DNA of 64,000 nt from an uncultured delta proteobacterium (GCA_963724765.1 CAVRVY010000004.1:672001-736000), one strand, 5' to 3'; positions 10,042 to 21,033 are shown, counted from the stretch's first letter. Program-made: numbers and translations. The notes: generated by a model from the sequence alone, not told the origin.

Positions 10042-10773
10042 GTGGATAGAAGCGAAACCATCGTTAAAGAGGTCAGCGCGGCGCTGGAACACGATCCGCG
10101 CATAAGCTTCCACAAACACCCGTTAGAAATTGTCATCGACCCGGATGGCGTTCTCGTTCTTGAAGGTGAGCTTGAAAACATCGCTGCGAAGAAACTTGCG
10201 CTCGAGCATGCAGCCGCGGTCGGCGGCGTGAGCGGCATTGTCGACCGCCTCCGGATTACGCCTTCAACCCCGATGGGCGACGGTGAAATCCGCGATCATG
10301 TTCGCGATGCCCTGCTCGAAGAGCCTGCAATCAATAACTGCGGCATCCGGATGATGAATAGCGGCCGCTGGGAGATTTTCAGGGAGTCGCAGGTGATCAC
10401 GCCGCGCTGCTCGATCAACATAATGGTTGATGAGGGCGTTGTGACGCTGGACGGTGAAGTGAGCAGTCTCTCCCACAAACGACTTGCAGGAGTGTTGGCC
10501 TGGTGGGTGCCGGGCAGCTGCGATGTCGTCAATGGCCTCGAAGTGGTGCCCATACAGGAGGATAGCGACGACGAGATTGCGGAGGCGGTGAAACTGGTTT
10601 TGGAAAAAGACCCGCTGGTCAATGCCTATCGCATCCGCGTGACCGTTCGCACTGCCGTGGTCACGCTGGAAGGGCTTGTCGTCAATAAGGCCGAGGGCGA
10701 GATGGCTGAGATGGATGCATGGTACGTCTTCGGCGTCGACCGCGTTGTCAATCGGCTTGAACACGAGCGTTAG
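10042..10773 (+). CDS. Multi-BON domain protein (three BON domains)
   Basis: Repeated GVVTLxG...VPG/VGGV..VVNxL units. Confidence 0.88.
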   Translation: MDRSETIVKEVSAALEHDPRISFHKHPLEIVIDPDGVLVLEGELENIAAKKLALEHAAAVGGVSGIVDRLRITPSTPMGDGEIRDHVRDALLEEPAINNCGIRMMNSGRWEIFRESQVITPRCSINIMVDEGVVTLDGEVSSLSHKRLAGVLAWWVPGSCDVVNGLEVVPIQEDSDDEIAEAVKLVLEKDPLVNAYRIRVTVRTAVVTLEGLVVNKAEGEMAEMDAWYVFGVDRVVNRLEHER

Positions 10774-10794
10774 AGAACCAGTCGGGAGAAGGCG

Positions 10795-11733
10795 ATGGAT
10801 CCTGTCATTTTCGTTGGCTCCGCCAACCTCACGCTTGCCGCGGCGGTTGCGGAGCGGATGGGTTTGACGCTCGGAAGCCGGGCGCTCACTCGCTTTCCTG
10901 ACAGCGAACTTCACATTGAAGTTCAGGAAAGTGTACGCGGGCGCGACGTGTACTTGATTCAGCCGACAAGCCCGCCTGTGCACGAACATCTCTTCGATCT
11001 CTTCATGCTCGCCGACGCGTGCCGCCGCGCCGGCGCCGCGCGTCTGACTGCCGTAATTCCGTACTTTGGTTATGCGCGTCAAGACCGGAGAGCCACGGGC
11101 CGAGACCCGGTCGGCGCACGCCTCGTCGCCGACCTGCTCAGGACGAGCGAGATACAGCGCGTGGTGACGCTTGACCTTCACAGCGCCGCGCTCGAAGGGT
11201 TTTTCCCGTTTCCACTGGAACATCTGAGCGCTATTCCCATCTTGGCACAGGCAGCCGCTCCGGGCGTTCCGGCAGAATCGGTCATCGTGGCGCCGGACCT
11301 CGGCGCCGTGAAACTCGCGGAACGGTACGCGCGGATGCTCCATATGCCGATCGCGGTGGTCAACAAAACCCGCCTCAGCGGCGAGGAAGTTGAAGCGAAG
11401 GGGATCGTCGGCGATGTTCGCGGGCGGCCGATTCTCATTGTTGACGATATGATCACTACAGGAGGGACCATTGCGGCGGCTGTCAATCTGGTGAAAGCAG
11501 CCGGGGCCGCATCGGAGGTCACCGTGGCGGCAAGTCACGGCCTGTTCGTCGGTCCGGCGCAGGAACGGCTACGCGTCCTTGGAGTGAAGCGCTTCATAGT
11601 TACAGACAGCGTGGCGCTGGCCGCAGATTTGCACCTACCCGTCAAGGTAGTCAGCGTCGCTCCGCTTTTGGCGGAAGCTCTAAGGCGGCTGAATGGAAAC
11701 CAGTCCTTGAGTGACTTGATAGCGCACGTCTGA
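10795..11733 (+). CDS. prs: Ribose-phosphate pyrophosphokinase
   Basis: FPDSE, PYFGYARQDR, LDLH, APDLGA, DDMITTGGT. Confidence 0.95.
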   Translation: MDPVIFVGSANLTLAAAVAERMGLTLGSRALTRFPDSELHIEVQESVRGRDVYLIQPTSPPVHEHLFDLFMLADACRRAGAARLTAVIPYFGYARQDRRATGRDPVGARLVADLLRTSEIQRVVTLDLHSAALEGFFPFPLEHLSAIPILAQAAAPGVPAESVIVAPDLGAVKLAERYARMLHMPIAVVNKTRLSGEEVEAKGIVGDVRGRPILIVDDMITTGGTIAAAVNLVKAAGAASEVTVAASHGLFVGPAQERLRVLGVKRFIVTDSVALAADLHLPVKVVSVAPLLAEALRRLNGNQSLSDLIAHV

Positions 11734-11779
11734 TCGCAACCAAACGAGAGGCAAATGCTCTCAGGAAACAGGCTGAACA

Positions 11780-12364
11780 ATGAAATCATCACAAACCAGC
11801 AATAGTGAGCGCCTTCAGACCCTACGGAACCTTCTCGCTCATCAGCGCAATGAGGCACTTGCGCGGATTCGCGATTTTCGCAGAGCGCAGGAGGAAGATG
11901 CGGAGCCACTCCCGGGCGACGAACTTGATGCGGCCCGCGCTCTCGCCGAAGTAGAGACACACGCCGGCCTAATCGAACGTGCCGAATATCGGTTGAAGGC
12001 TATAGCCGCCGCTTTCAGTCGGGTCGAGGAGGGCCGCTATGGAATTTGCGAGGAATGTGGCGAGGACATCCCTGTTGACCGCCTCAAGGTGCTGCCCTTT
12101 GCGGCCTACTGCGTCGATTGCCAGTCGAAGCGAAATCACCGGCTTCGGCCTGGTGAAGGCCATATCGATGAGCCGTCACGCCATCTTTGGACCTTGCCCG
12201 AGGAAATGGATGAATCGCTGGAAAAGCAGGATGCGTTGATCGAGCCGGAAGAACGACTCGCAGTGCGCGACCAGCGGCCGTCAGGTCCGGAAGTGGGAGA
12301 ATTCGAGCAGCTGCCTCCCTCTCCTACAGCCCGCCGGCGCGGGAGACCGCGTGCCCCTGAATGA
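11780..12364 (+). CDS. TraR/DksA C4 zinc-finger protein with C-terminal extension
   Basis: DELDAA coiled-coil tip; YGICEECGEDIP.DRL..LP.A.YCVDC. Confidence 0.9.
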   Translation: MKSSQTSNSERLQTLRNLLAHQRNEALARIRDFRRAQEEDAEPLPGDELDAARALAEVETHAGLIERAEYRLKAIAAAFSRVEEGRYGICEECGEDIPVDRLKVLPFAAYCVDCQSKRNHRLRPGEGHIDEPSRHLWTLPEEMDESLEKQDALIEPEERLAVRDQRPSGPEVGEFEQLPPSPTARRRGRPRAPE

Positions 12365-12521
12365 CCGTAGTGGACGCAGCGCATGGCTCGCGCGGCGCTA
12401 TAAGCACAGGACGCGTCCCGAGGCTATTTCCGCGAGTCACTGCCTGGCGCACGCTCGCACTCCTTGATCGCCCGCGCCGTCCTGTGCTCTCTAAAGAAAG
12501 CATGGCCCGGACCTGCTGCGA

Positions 12522-12926
12522 ATGACCAGATACAGAGCGATCCTGTTCTTCGTCTTGATGTGGGGGATGCCGATCGGAATCGCGTGCGCCGATTCCCCTG
12601 CCAAAGAGGCTTACCTCGCCGATTGTGCACGCTGTCATGGTTCCGACGGTAAGGGAAACGTCGCGGCGATGAGCGAGGTCCCGGGCTACAAGTCAGTCGA
12701 TCTGACCCAGCTCAGCAAAGAGAAGGAGGGCCGATTTCCACGTCAGAAGGTTTACGACGTGATCGAGGGCCGCAAGCGCTTCCCGGCGTATTTCATCGGC
12801 GACATGCCCACCTGGGGACTCCGATATAGCGAGGATGATGAGAAGCTTGGTCCGGAGGCCAAGGCGCGGGTCAAACGCAGGATCTCCGCTCTCGTGGACT
12901 ACATAAAATCGATCCAGGAGAAGTAG
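12522..12926 (+). CDS. Monoheme c-type cytochrome
   Basis: Signal peptide, CARCH heme motif, DMPTWG Met ligand. Confidence 0.88.
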   Translation: MTRYRAILFFVLMWGMPIGIACADSPAKEAYLADCARCHGSDGKGNVAAMSEVPGYKSVDLTQLSKEKEGRFPRQKVYDVIEGRKRFPAYFIGDMPTWGLRYSEDDEKLGPEAKARVKRRISALVDYIKSIQEK

Positions 12927-13606
12927 CAGCCGCCGCGCGGCGGCATGTAGAGGATGCGGTCGCGTGATTCCCGAGGGCGCGCCCTTCGTGCGCACGCGGT
13001 CATCTAGTCCTGCGCTGCGCAGGCGGGTTTCAGGGGCGAGGCGACTGCCGCCGCTTGCCAATTCAGGGATTCGGGCTGGTTTCGTTCTGTCCCGTTTTTG
13101 GCACGAGTGCCAGGATGATCTCGAAACCTTTATAAAACTGTGTGAATTTTCCCCCAACGAAGCGCGAATCGTCCGACAGGCTGAACCACGCGCGAATCTC
13201 AGGCACGAAGAGCGCTGCGACGAAGTTCAGCCAGCCGAAATCAGGTTTGATGTCGACTCGAGCCATCGTGCGTTCCAGCAGCGGAACGAACTCGCAGGCA
13301 GGCGGGAGAGCGCGTATATGTCGCGCCGACCTGCCAACGACTGAATGCAGCGCAGCGGTGACTTTTAAGGACCCATCCACCTTTGCGTCAGTGTTGCCGA
13401 TGAAATCAGGTCCGGACGTTTCGCAAACGCCAGAAGGTTTCTCATGGTAGGCTGGTGAGTTAGCCGCAGGCACACACATTGCTCTAAGCTGCGTGACGTA
13501 AGGCCAGTTTGTGCGAATACGAAATGATGGGACGCGAATGGATTTGTTTCAGCCAGAGTCCGTCTCGCGACCCACGGTAGACCATTCGCGTTAAGGAGCG
13601 ACGCTG

Positions 13607-13831
13607 ATGAAACCGATTGCATGGCTTGGTGCGCTGCTCGCTCTTCTGGGGATCCTGGGACTGGCAATCCCCGAATTTACAACGTCACGGACCAGAGACG
13701 TGGCAAAACTGGGGGGTCTCAAGATCCAGAGCACCGAGCAATCTACGCACGTGGTTCCCCAGGCTTTGAGCGCTGGCGCACTCGTCTTAGGCGTCATTCT
13801 TATCGGCGCAGGACTTTACCAGAGGCGCTGA
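13607..13831 (+). CDS. Small two-TM membrane protein (DUF3185-like)
   Basis: AAGGAG RBS; TM-[DVAKLG]-TM; paralog at 21126. Confidence 0.75.
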   Translation: MKPIAWLGALLALLGILGLAIPEFTTSRTRDVAKLGGLKIQSTEQSTHVVPQALSAGALVLGVILIGAGLYQRR

Positions 13832-13859
13832 CAGTTAACGCGCTTGTTCTACCCGATCT

Positions 13860-14015
13860 TTACGGAAGCTTACCGATGACGGCGGTGATGGTGTGAACCA
13901 GAATGAGCGTGCCGTCATTCTGCCGAACGATACTTGCGGCCATGTCGACCGCTTCGAGCGAGCTATCATCAAAATCGACTGGGCACATGATCTTGCGATA
14001 TGGGAATGGCGTTGT
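13860..14015 (-). pseudogene. Universal stress protein N-terminal fragment
   Basis: Frame not in ORF track reads PFPYRKIMCPVDFDDSSLEAVDMAASIVRQNDGTLILVH; no start codon, early stop. Confidence 0.7.
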
Positions 14016-14245
14016 GCTGACTTTTCGCTGAAACTATCGCCCATTTCCTTGAGCGGCGATCATGCCAATAGACTTTCCCCGATTTTGCGTCTTCTGTCGA
14101 TTCCTCGCGTCAGCCGTGTTTCCTTGGGAGACACAGCTCCATAATGTGGAGTAAATTCTCATGGCCACCATCGCGTCGTCATCGATCTCGGCCACCGGAA
14201 CGGGTCGCAGCATGCGTTAATCATCGAGCGCGATGAAATCCTAGT

Positions 14246-14305
14246 GAAATACTCGACGAGAAGCGGCACATCTTCGAAACTCTCGCGCAGCGGCGGTAAC
14301 CGCAT
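14246..14305 (-). pseudogene. Relic of sigma54-activator AAA+ domain
   Basis: RLPPLRESFEDVPLLVEYF matches the LPPLRER.EDIPLL..HF motif. Confidence 0.55.
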
Positions 14306-14459
14306 CCTAGATGACCTCCCGTTTGCCGGATACTTCCGTGTCAACGATGCCGATACTAACATGGTCCGCATCCTCGACAATGTCGGCGATAAAAGTGTCG
14401 TTACTGCCGCGATAGGAAAAGAAGGTTGAACAACGCCGCCGCGAACCAAGGATAGACTC

Positions 14460-14879
14460 ATGCCATCGATGCAAAAGCGGATCGCTCCATTCCTAGGCCT
14501 TTTGTTCTTGGCCGGCACTGCGGCCGCTGCAGGAGCCGACGACGTCGCGCTAGGACGACAAATCTATCTCGAACGTTGCGCGTCGTGCCATGGACTCACC
14601 GGCGAGGGTGATGGTCCCGTGGCGCCCGCGTTGACCACGCCGCCGGCCAACCTCCGCCGGCTTTCGGAACGTTTCGGAAATCCGCTGCCCGAGGACCAGG
14701 TCGCCCGCTTCATCGACGGCCGCGCCGAGGTCAAGGCTCACGGCACGCGCGACATGCCAGTATGGGGCGCACGCTTCTATGCCGAGACGCACAACGAGCG
14801 CGCGGTCCGTGCAATGATCGCTGAGCTCATCGCCTATCTGCAATCGATCCAGAGCGGTGCGCGCCACGCGCGCCGATAG
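14460..14879 (+). CDS. Monoheme c-type cytochrome
   Basis: Signal peptide, CASCH, IDGR...AHG.RDMPVWG. Confidence 0.9.
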   Translation: MPSMQKRIAPFLGLLFLAGTAAAAGADDVALGRQIYLERCASCHGLTGEGDGPVAPALTTPPANLRRLSERFGNPLPEDQVARFIDGRAEVKAHGTRDMPVWGARFYAETHNERAVRAMIAELIAYLQSIQSGARHARR

Positions 14880-14899
14880 CCGCCTCGCGTTGAGGGTGA

Positions 14900-16651
14900 T
14901 TACGCGCGCCAGCAGGCGCGCACGATCCATTTCCGCACTTCTTCCGCGACGAACACCACGGCCGCGAAGGGCAGAATGAAAAGCCACGCCCGGGGGCCGA
15001 TCGGCGCGGTTCCGAAGATGGAATTGCCGAGCGGCGTGTAGCCAATCAGCGCGACCAGTGCGACCTCGACTATCACTCCGCCCCAGATAAGCGGATTTTC
15101 GAGAAGCCCGGTCCCGCAAAGATGAGATTTTCCTCCACTTCCGCGCGCTGCCAGTGGTCCTCGAGCGGCCAGTAGGACATTGCGATGACCCGCAAGCCCT
15201 GCCCGGCCATCGCTTCCTGCGCCTCGCGAACTTTGGCGCGCGATCCGGAATCGAACGGGCGTATTTCGCCGTCGACCAGTATCCGGTCGCACAGCGGGAT
15301 GACCATCTCCGGCGCGCCCTTGCAAAAGAGCATCGGGCCCTCAGGCGTCGCATGCACCGTCGATAGCCGCATGCGGCTGACGTCGAAAGGAATCTCATCG
15401 AGTTTTTTGCAAGCCGGAAGCGCGGAGAGGAACCGCTCGGCCGTTTCAACCAGCGCGATTTCTATCGGATCGCCCAGCAGCACCTTCCGCCCCTGCTGGT
15501 CGCCTTCCCTCAGATCGTGGCACAGACTGGCGGTCATAAAGAAAGGCCGGTACAGCGCCGCGGTCTCTTGCCCAGCGCCGGGATTGAGCTGGCATTCCAG
15601 GCCCGCCCCCAGCCAGACGCGCCTTACCGTCATCCGGTTCTGCGTCAGCGTGCCGGTCTTGTCGGTGCAAATCACGGTGGTCGAGCCGAGCGTCTCGACC
15701 GATGGCAGGTAACGGATCAGAACGTGGCGTTTCGCCATTCGCTGTGTGGCCAGGACCAGCGCAAGCGTCAAAGTGGGCAACAGTCCCTCCGGCACCATCG
15801 CGACGATGATGCCGATGGCGAAGATGAAATCCTCCCAGAAGGGGACACCGAGGATGCGGCTGATCGCGAAAAAAATCAGTCCGATCGCCACCGCCAGGAT
15901 GCCGATCAAGCGGCTTAGGTACGCGATCTGCTCGCGCAAAGGAGAGACGGCTTCGCGGCCGGTCTGCGTCAGGTGAGCGATCTTGCCGAATTCGCAATGC
16001 ATGCCGGTGGCAAAGACCACCGCCCGGCCTTCTCCGGAGACCATCGAGGTGCCGGCGAGCAAGATGTTCTCGGCGTGGATTGTTTCCTCCTTGGCGGAGG
16101 GTCCCGCGATTCGAAGTTTGGAAAGCGATTCCCCCGGTGATCGTCGCGTCGTTGACGCGAACTCCGAAGGCCTCGACCAGGCGGCAATCCGCCGCAATGT
16201 TGTTCCCTTGCTCCAGGAGGATGATGTCGCCCGGGACGAGCCGGTCTGCGAGCAACCGGACCGCCTTACCATCGCGCAACACCTCGACCTGTTGCGGCAG
16301 CAGCCCGCGCAACGCGGCCAGCGTTCGTTCGACCCGGAATTCCTGCCAGAAGGAAAACAGCCCGCTGACCAGGATAACGGCCAGGATCGCGTAACCGATC
16401 TTCGCCATGCCATGACCCGGATCGCTCCATTCGGCCACAAAGGCCAAGCCCGCGGCGAGCCACAGGATCAGGGCGAAAAAGTGAGTGAACTCCTTCAGGA
16501 AGCGCAGCAGTATCGATTCGCGCGCGACTGCTTCCACCCGATTGAGGCCATACTCGCCGAGCCTGCGCAGGGCCTCGACGGATGAGAGCCCTTGCGGGCT
16601 ACTGTTGAGGCTAGCGATGGCATCGGCGGCAGAGAGCTGGTGAATCTTCAT
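14900..16651 (-). pseudogene. Cation-transporting P-type ATPase (type II), frameshifted and internally deleted
   Basis: GLSS.EA..RL..YG.N, PEGL, CTDKTGTLT, KGAPE; +1 G in TGES codons (16131-16135); jumps from ENLIFAG directly to C-terminal GLLENPLIW at ~15110. Confidence 0.88.
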
Positions 16652-17105
16652 CGGGGACGATTCGAAAGATTCGACGTGAGGTGGTGTGGCTGCCAGCGTC
16701 TCCCATGAAATTGGTACTCCCCCGCCATATCGACCGCTGGTCACAGCAAATAATGCGCCGGGGACGAACGAAGGGAAACTTCACGGCTGGAGCGGCTTTC
16801 CAAACACGATCTGGCTGTCAAAGTGCTGCTTGGCTAGAGACGCTTGTTCTCTCCGCCGACAGTGATCTCAGCCATCGCTACTAAGTAGTGCACAGATTCG
16901 CAAGGAAATTTTCACACGCCAGCCCGAGATTATTCTCAAGGCCGGCAGCGGAACATCTTTTATCGCGCGATCCAAAGAACCGAGAGTTAGAACGGACGCC
17001 GACTGGGTCAGCCAACCAGTTGCCGTCCAGACCCGCTTGATGCTCTAGACCGTAGCGCAAAAAAGCGCTTTCATCGAGATTGCCGTACCCGCAAATAGGA
17101 GGACG

Positions 17106-17204
17106 CTCGCGACCCACGCACGCAGGGGTGTCAAGCGTGTGCTGCTAGGCAGCGTCGCCGAGACCGTGCTGCGCGAGGCCGCGTGCCCGGTCCTCACGGT
17201 GCGC
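17106..17204 (+). pseudogene. Universal stress protein C-terminal fragment
   Basis: LATHARRGVKRVLLGSVAETVLREAACPVLTVR. Confidence 0.8.
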
Positions 17205-17231
17205 TGTGGCGAGGCCGACGTGCATACGGTC

Positions 17232-17847
17232 GCCAAATCGACCCAGGCACGCAGAATCGCGGATTGTTTCGGCTTCGATTTGCTGCGCTCGGACGTGGTG
17301 CGCAAGCGCCTGGCCGGCGTCGCGCCGACGGCCCGGCTGTCCGCGGACTGCCGTAAGGGAATCTACAGCGAGGAGTTCCACGCAACAGACTTACGCAACG
17401 ATGCTCGCCGAGGCTTTCGCCCGTCTGCACGATGGCGTGGATGTGATCGTCGATGCGACCTTCGGGGCGCCCGCCTATCGCGCTGAGGCGCGCGAGGTTG
17501 CGGCGCGTGCGGGCGTGCCGGTGCTGTTCGTCGAATGTAGGGCCGACGAGGAAGAGATCGTACGCCGGCTCGCCGAACGCGAGACTCACTCGGGTGAGGT
17601 GTCGGACGCCGGCGTCGCGGTCTACCGGCGCCAGCGCGACGAATTCGCCGCGCTCGCCGAGATCCCCGAACGCTGCCATTTGGTGATCGACACGAGCGGT
17701 GGCACCGGACCTGCGCTGGCGCTAATCAGAAAGCGGCTCGTCGACCTGCGTGAAGCATCCAGGAGCGGCCCGGCGCGGACTGGCGCGCCAGGCCCGCAGC
17801 ATGCGGCGCTGTCGAGCGCTGAAGCCGGGCAATCGCGCCGCGGTTGA
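17232..17847 (+). pseudogene. AAA_33/gluconokinase-like P-loop kinase fragment (Rv2004c-type C-terminal domain)
   Basis: KST.AR..A....LRSDVVRKRLAG..GIYS | frameshift ~17378 | TY..M...VIVDATF...SDA; Walker A truncated. Confidence 0.8.
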
Positions 17848-20440
17848 GCACACCTCGCGTATCGCGCAGCGTGAAACAGTCGATGGCTGAGGGCGAAGCA
17901 GGGCTGGGGGGCCTCAGCAGCGGCGAGGCGAAGTCGCGGCTGCGCGAGTTCGGTCCCAATCTGCTCGTGCGCCGCGAGCGCGGCGCACGCGTGGTGCAAG
18001 TGCTCCGGATGCTCGCCGACCCGATGGCGCTGATGCTGGCCGGCGCGGCAGTGCTGTACCTGATGCTGGGAAAGACCCGCGAAGCGGCCGTGCTCGCGGT
18101 GGTGATAGTTCCTGTGCTCGGCGTGGACGTGCTAATGGAGGCGCGCTCGCGCGGCGCGCTCAAGAAGCTGGCGAGCGCGGTCGCGCCGTGGGCGCTGGTG
18201 ATGCGCGATGGCCAGGCGGCCGATGTTCCGACCGCCAACCTGGTGCCGGGCGACCTGCTGGTGATTCGCGAAGGCGACATCCTTCACGCCGATGGAATCG
18301 TCCGGCGCGCATCCAACCTCGCCATCGACGAGTCGCAACTGAGCGCGAGTCGGAGCCCCAGGAGAAGCTGGCGCATGCGAGTGCGCCGGGTCCCGAAGTC
18401 CAGGAGCGATACCGCTTTTTTGCGGGCTCGATGGTCGTGGCTGGAAGCGGCCTTGGCGAAGTGACAGAAACCGGCCAGCGCACGCGTTTCGGCAACATCG
18501 CGCGGCTGGTCGGCGAGGCCAACTTTCAGGCGACGCCACTGCAGATCAAAACCGGGCGCCTGGTGCGACGGCTGGTCATCGTTGCGCTCGGGTTGTCGGT
18601 CGTGCTCTTCGCGTTGCGCGCGCTCAGCGGCGCGCCGCTCGACGAGGCTTTCCTCTACGCCATCAGCCTTGCGATGTCAGCCGTGTGCGAAGAGGTCGTT
18701 CTGGTCCTGAGCCTCTTTCTGACGCTTGCCGCCATGCGCCTTGGCCGAGGCGGAGTCCTGGTCAAGCGGCTGGCGAGCGTCGAGACGTTGGGCGCGACCA
18801 CAGTCATCTGCATGGACAAGACCGGCACACTCACCGCCGGAAAATTCGCGATGCAGGTGCACGTCGCGCTCGGCAACGGGCTTGGAGATGAGGCCCTGCT
18901 CGAAGCAGCGGCGCTGGCTTGCGAGCCCGGCGCGGTGGATTCGCTGGAGCGCGAGATCGTGGAGCATTGCCGCAGTCACAACGTCGACGTCGACGCGTTG
19001 CATGCGCGCTGGCGGCTCGCCTACGACTACCCTTTCGACATGGTCGGCAAGCATATGTCGCACGTCTGGATGCGCGCGCGGCGCGAGGATGGCGCCGCGC
19101 CGTCCCGAATCGCCGCCAAGGGCACGCTCGAGGGGATCCTCGAACATTGCAAACTCGGGCCCGGCGAACGCGAGCGGGCGCTCGCCCTGAACGCGGAGCT
19201 CGCCGATCAGGGTATGCGCGTGATCGCGGTCGCGGGCCGCTTCGCGCATGGCGACAATCAGGAGACTCCGGCCGGCGATAGTCAGTCGTGCGCAGCTCGC
19301 ACGGCGGCGGGCGGGGCGGAGCTCAGCGGCGTACGCGAGCACGATGAGCGCGACCTCGAACTGTACGGGCTCCTGGGCTTCCGCGATCCACTGCGGCCCG
19401 AGGTTCCGGCGGCCGTTGCACAATGCCAGTCGGCCGGCGTGAAGCTCAAGCTCATCACTGGCGATCACGCACTCACTGCTCATGCAGTCGCGGAGGCGGC
19501 CGGAATAGCCCACGACGACGCGTTGATCGTGACGGGCGCCGAGCTCGCCAGTATGCCCGCCCGGCAAGCGGCCGAGGTCGCGCGCAAGGCCAGTATCTTT
19601 GCCCGAGTGCAGCCCGAGCAGAAGTACCAGATCATTGACGCGCTGGTGCGCGCCGGCGAGGTGGTGGCGATGATCGGCGACGGTATCAACGATGCACCGG
19701 CGCTGCGCCGTGCACACATCGGCGTAAGTATGGGGCAGCGCGGCACCGAAGTCGCGCGCGCGGCCTCGGACCTCATCCTGCTGGACGACAACTTTGCTTC
19801 CCTGGTGGCGACCGTGCGCGAGGGCCGGCAAGTCTTCGGGAACATCCAGCACTCGCTACGCTACCTGACGGGATTCAAATTCGCCCTGGTCGGCGTGGCG
19901 ATCCTTGCGCCGCTGTTCGGACTGCCGATTCTTCTTTTGCCGGTCGACCTCGTGTGGCTCGAGCTGATCGTGCATCCAGTCTCCGCACTGGCTTTCGAGG
20001 GCGAGCCGGCGCCGGACGACCTGATGAAGTGTCCGCCACGCGATCAGAAGGCGCCGCTAATCGGGCGGGCGCGGACAATCCGCTCGGTTCTGTGCGGCGT
20101 ATTGCTGACCTCCGCGGCGCTCGCTGTCTATGCCGCCCGGCTCGACCGTGGCGAGTCCTATGCGCGCGGCGTGGCGATGGCGGTCATCGTTCTTGGAAGT
20201 CTTCTCCTGATGTGGGCGGAACTTGCTGGCGACCGACCGTGGTGGAGAACGCCGCCGCCCGCACGGGTGGTCTTCTGGGTGGTGTCCGTCCTGGTCGCTG
20301 CGAGTCTTGTGCTGTTCATGACGGTTGGCCCGATCGCTGCGCTCCTCCGCATCGAACCGATCGCTCCCGGAGACTGGGCGATAGCCGGTCTGCTCGCCAT
20401 TCTCGCGGTACTATGGCGTGCTGCAGGAAACCGGAATTAG
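17844..20440 (+). pseudogene. Cation-transporting P-type ATPase with a single -1 frameshift
   Basis: IDESQLS|GESEP missing one base at ~18345; otherwise CMDKTGTLT, DPLRPEV, ITGD, GDGINDAPAL, LDDNF and C-terminal TMs present. Confidence 0.88.
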
Positions 20441-20502
20441 CGCAGTGTCCGAGAAAATGACGAAAACCTGAACTGAACCGGACTTGCCCGTCTGTCGGGG
20501 CG

Positions 20503-20710
20503 TGGTCTGCTCCCAATGCCCGTCAGATCATAGGTAGAGTCTTTGGTTGTTTTCCCCCGCAGGGGGCGGAATCAGTTTCTCCGTTGTGAGCTGTGCGAAC
20601 TCGACTGGTGTTAGTGCGCCGAGACTCGAATGGGGACGATGGTTGTAGTGCTCGCGCCAGGCTTCGATGGTCCCGCGGGCCTCGGCGAGGCTCAGGAGGC
20701 AGGCCATCGC
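20503..20710 (-). mobile_element. IS3-family (IS407-like) right-end remnant
   Basis: SLAEARGTIEAWREHYNHRPHSSLGALTP integrase C-terminus, then terminal IR (plus strand TGGTCTGCTCCCAA from 20503). Confidence 0.8.
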
Positions 20711-21033
20711 CCCTGAGCGCCGAAGTAGCCAAGGGCCCTTCGGATAGCGATGAAGCTCGCCGCCAAAGTCGCGATCGCGATGAGGCTCCTTATTACGAAA
20801 TTGCATCGGCCGTCGACTCCTTGACCCGGAATGCATTCGGAGATTCGGTCAGCTATGGGGTGAAGATCTTGCTATATCGGCAAGAATTACAGCCTGGCAA
20901 GGTGTCGCGATCGCGGCGAAAGACGATGGCCGAGAGCGAGTTCGCGAATAAAAAGCGCCGCAGCATGGCGTAAACTCGTCAGGTTTTCCCGCTTTGGCGT
21001 CGGCCGCGATATTCAGAAGGTTTGGAAATCCGT

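Noticed and set aside
10264-11538. 424-aa minus-strand ORF
   Set aside because: Antisense to well-supported BON and prs genes
13063-13479. 138-aa minus-strand ORF
   Set aside because: No recognisable motif or RBS; lies in decayed DNA
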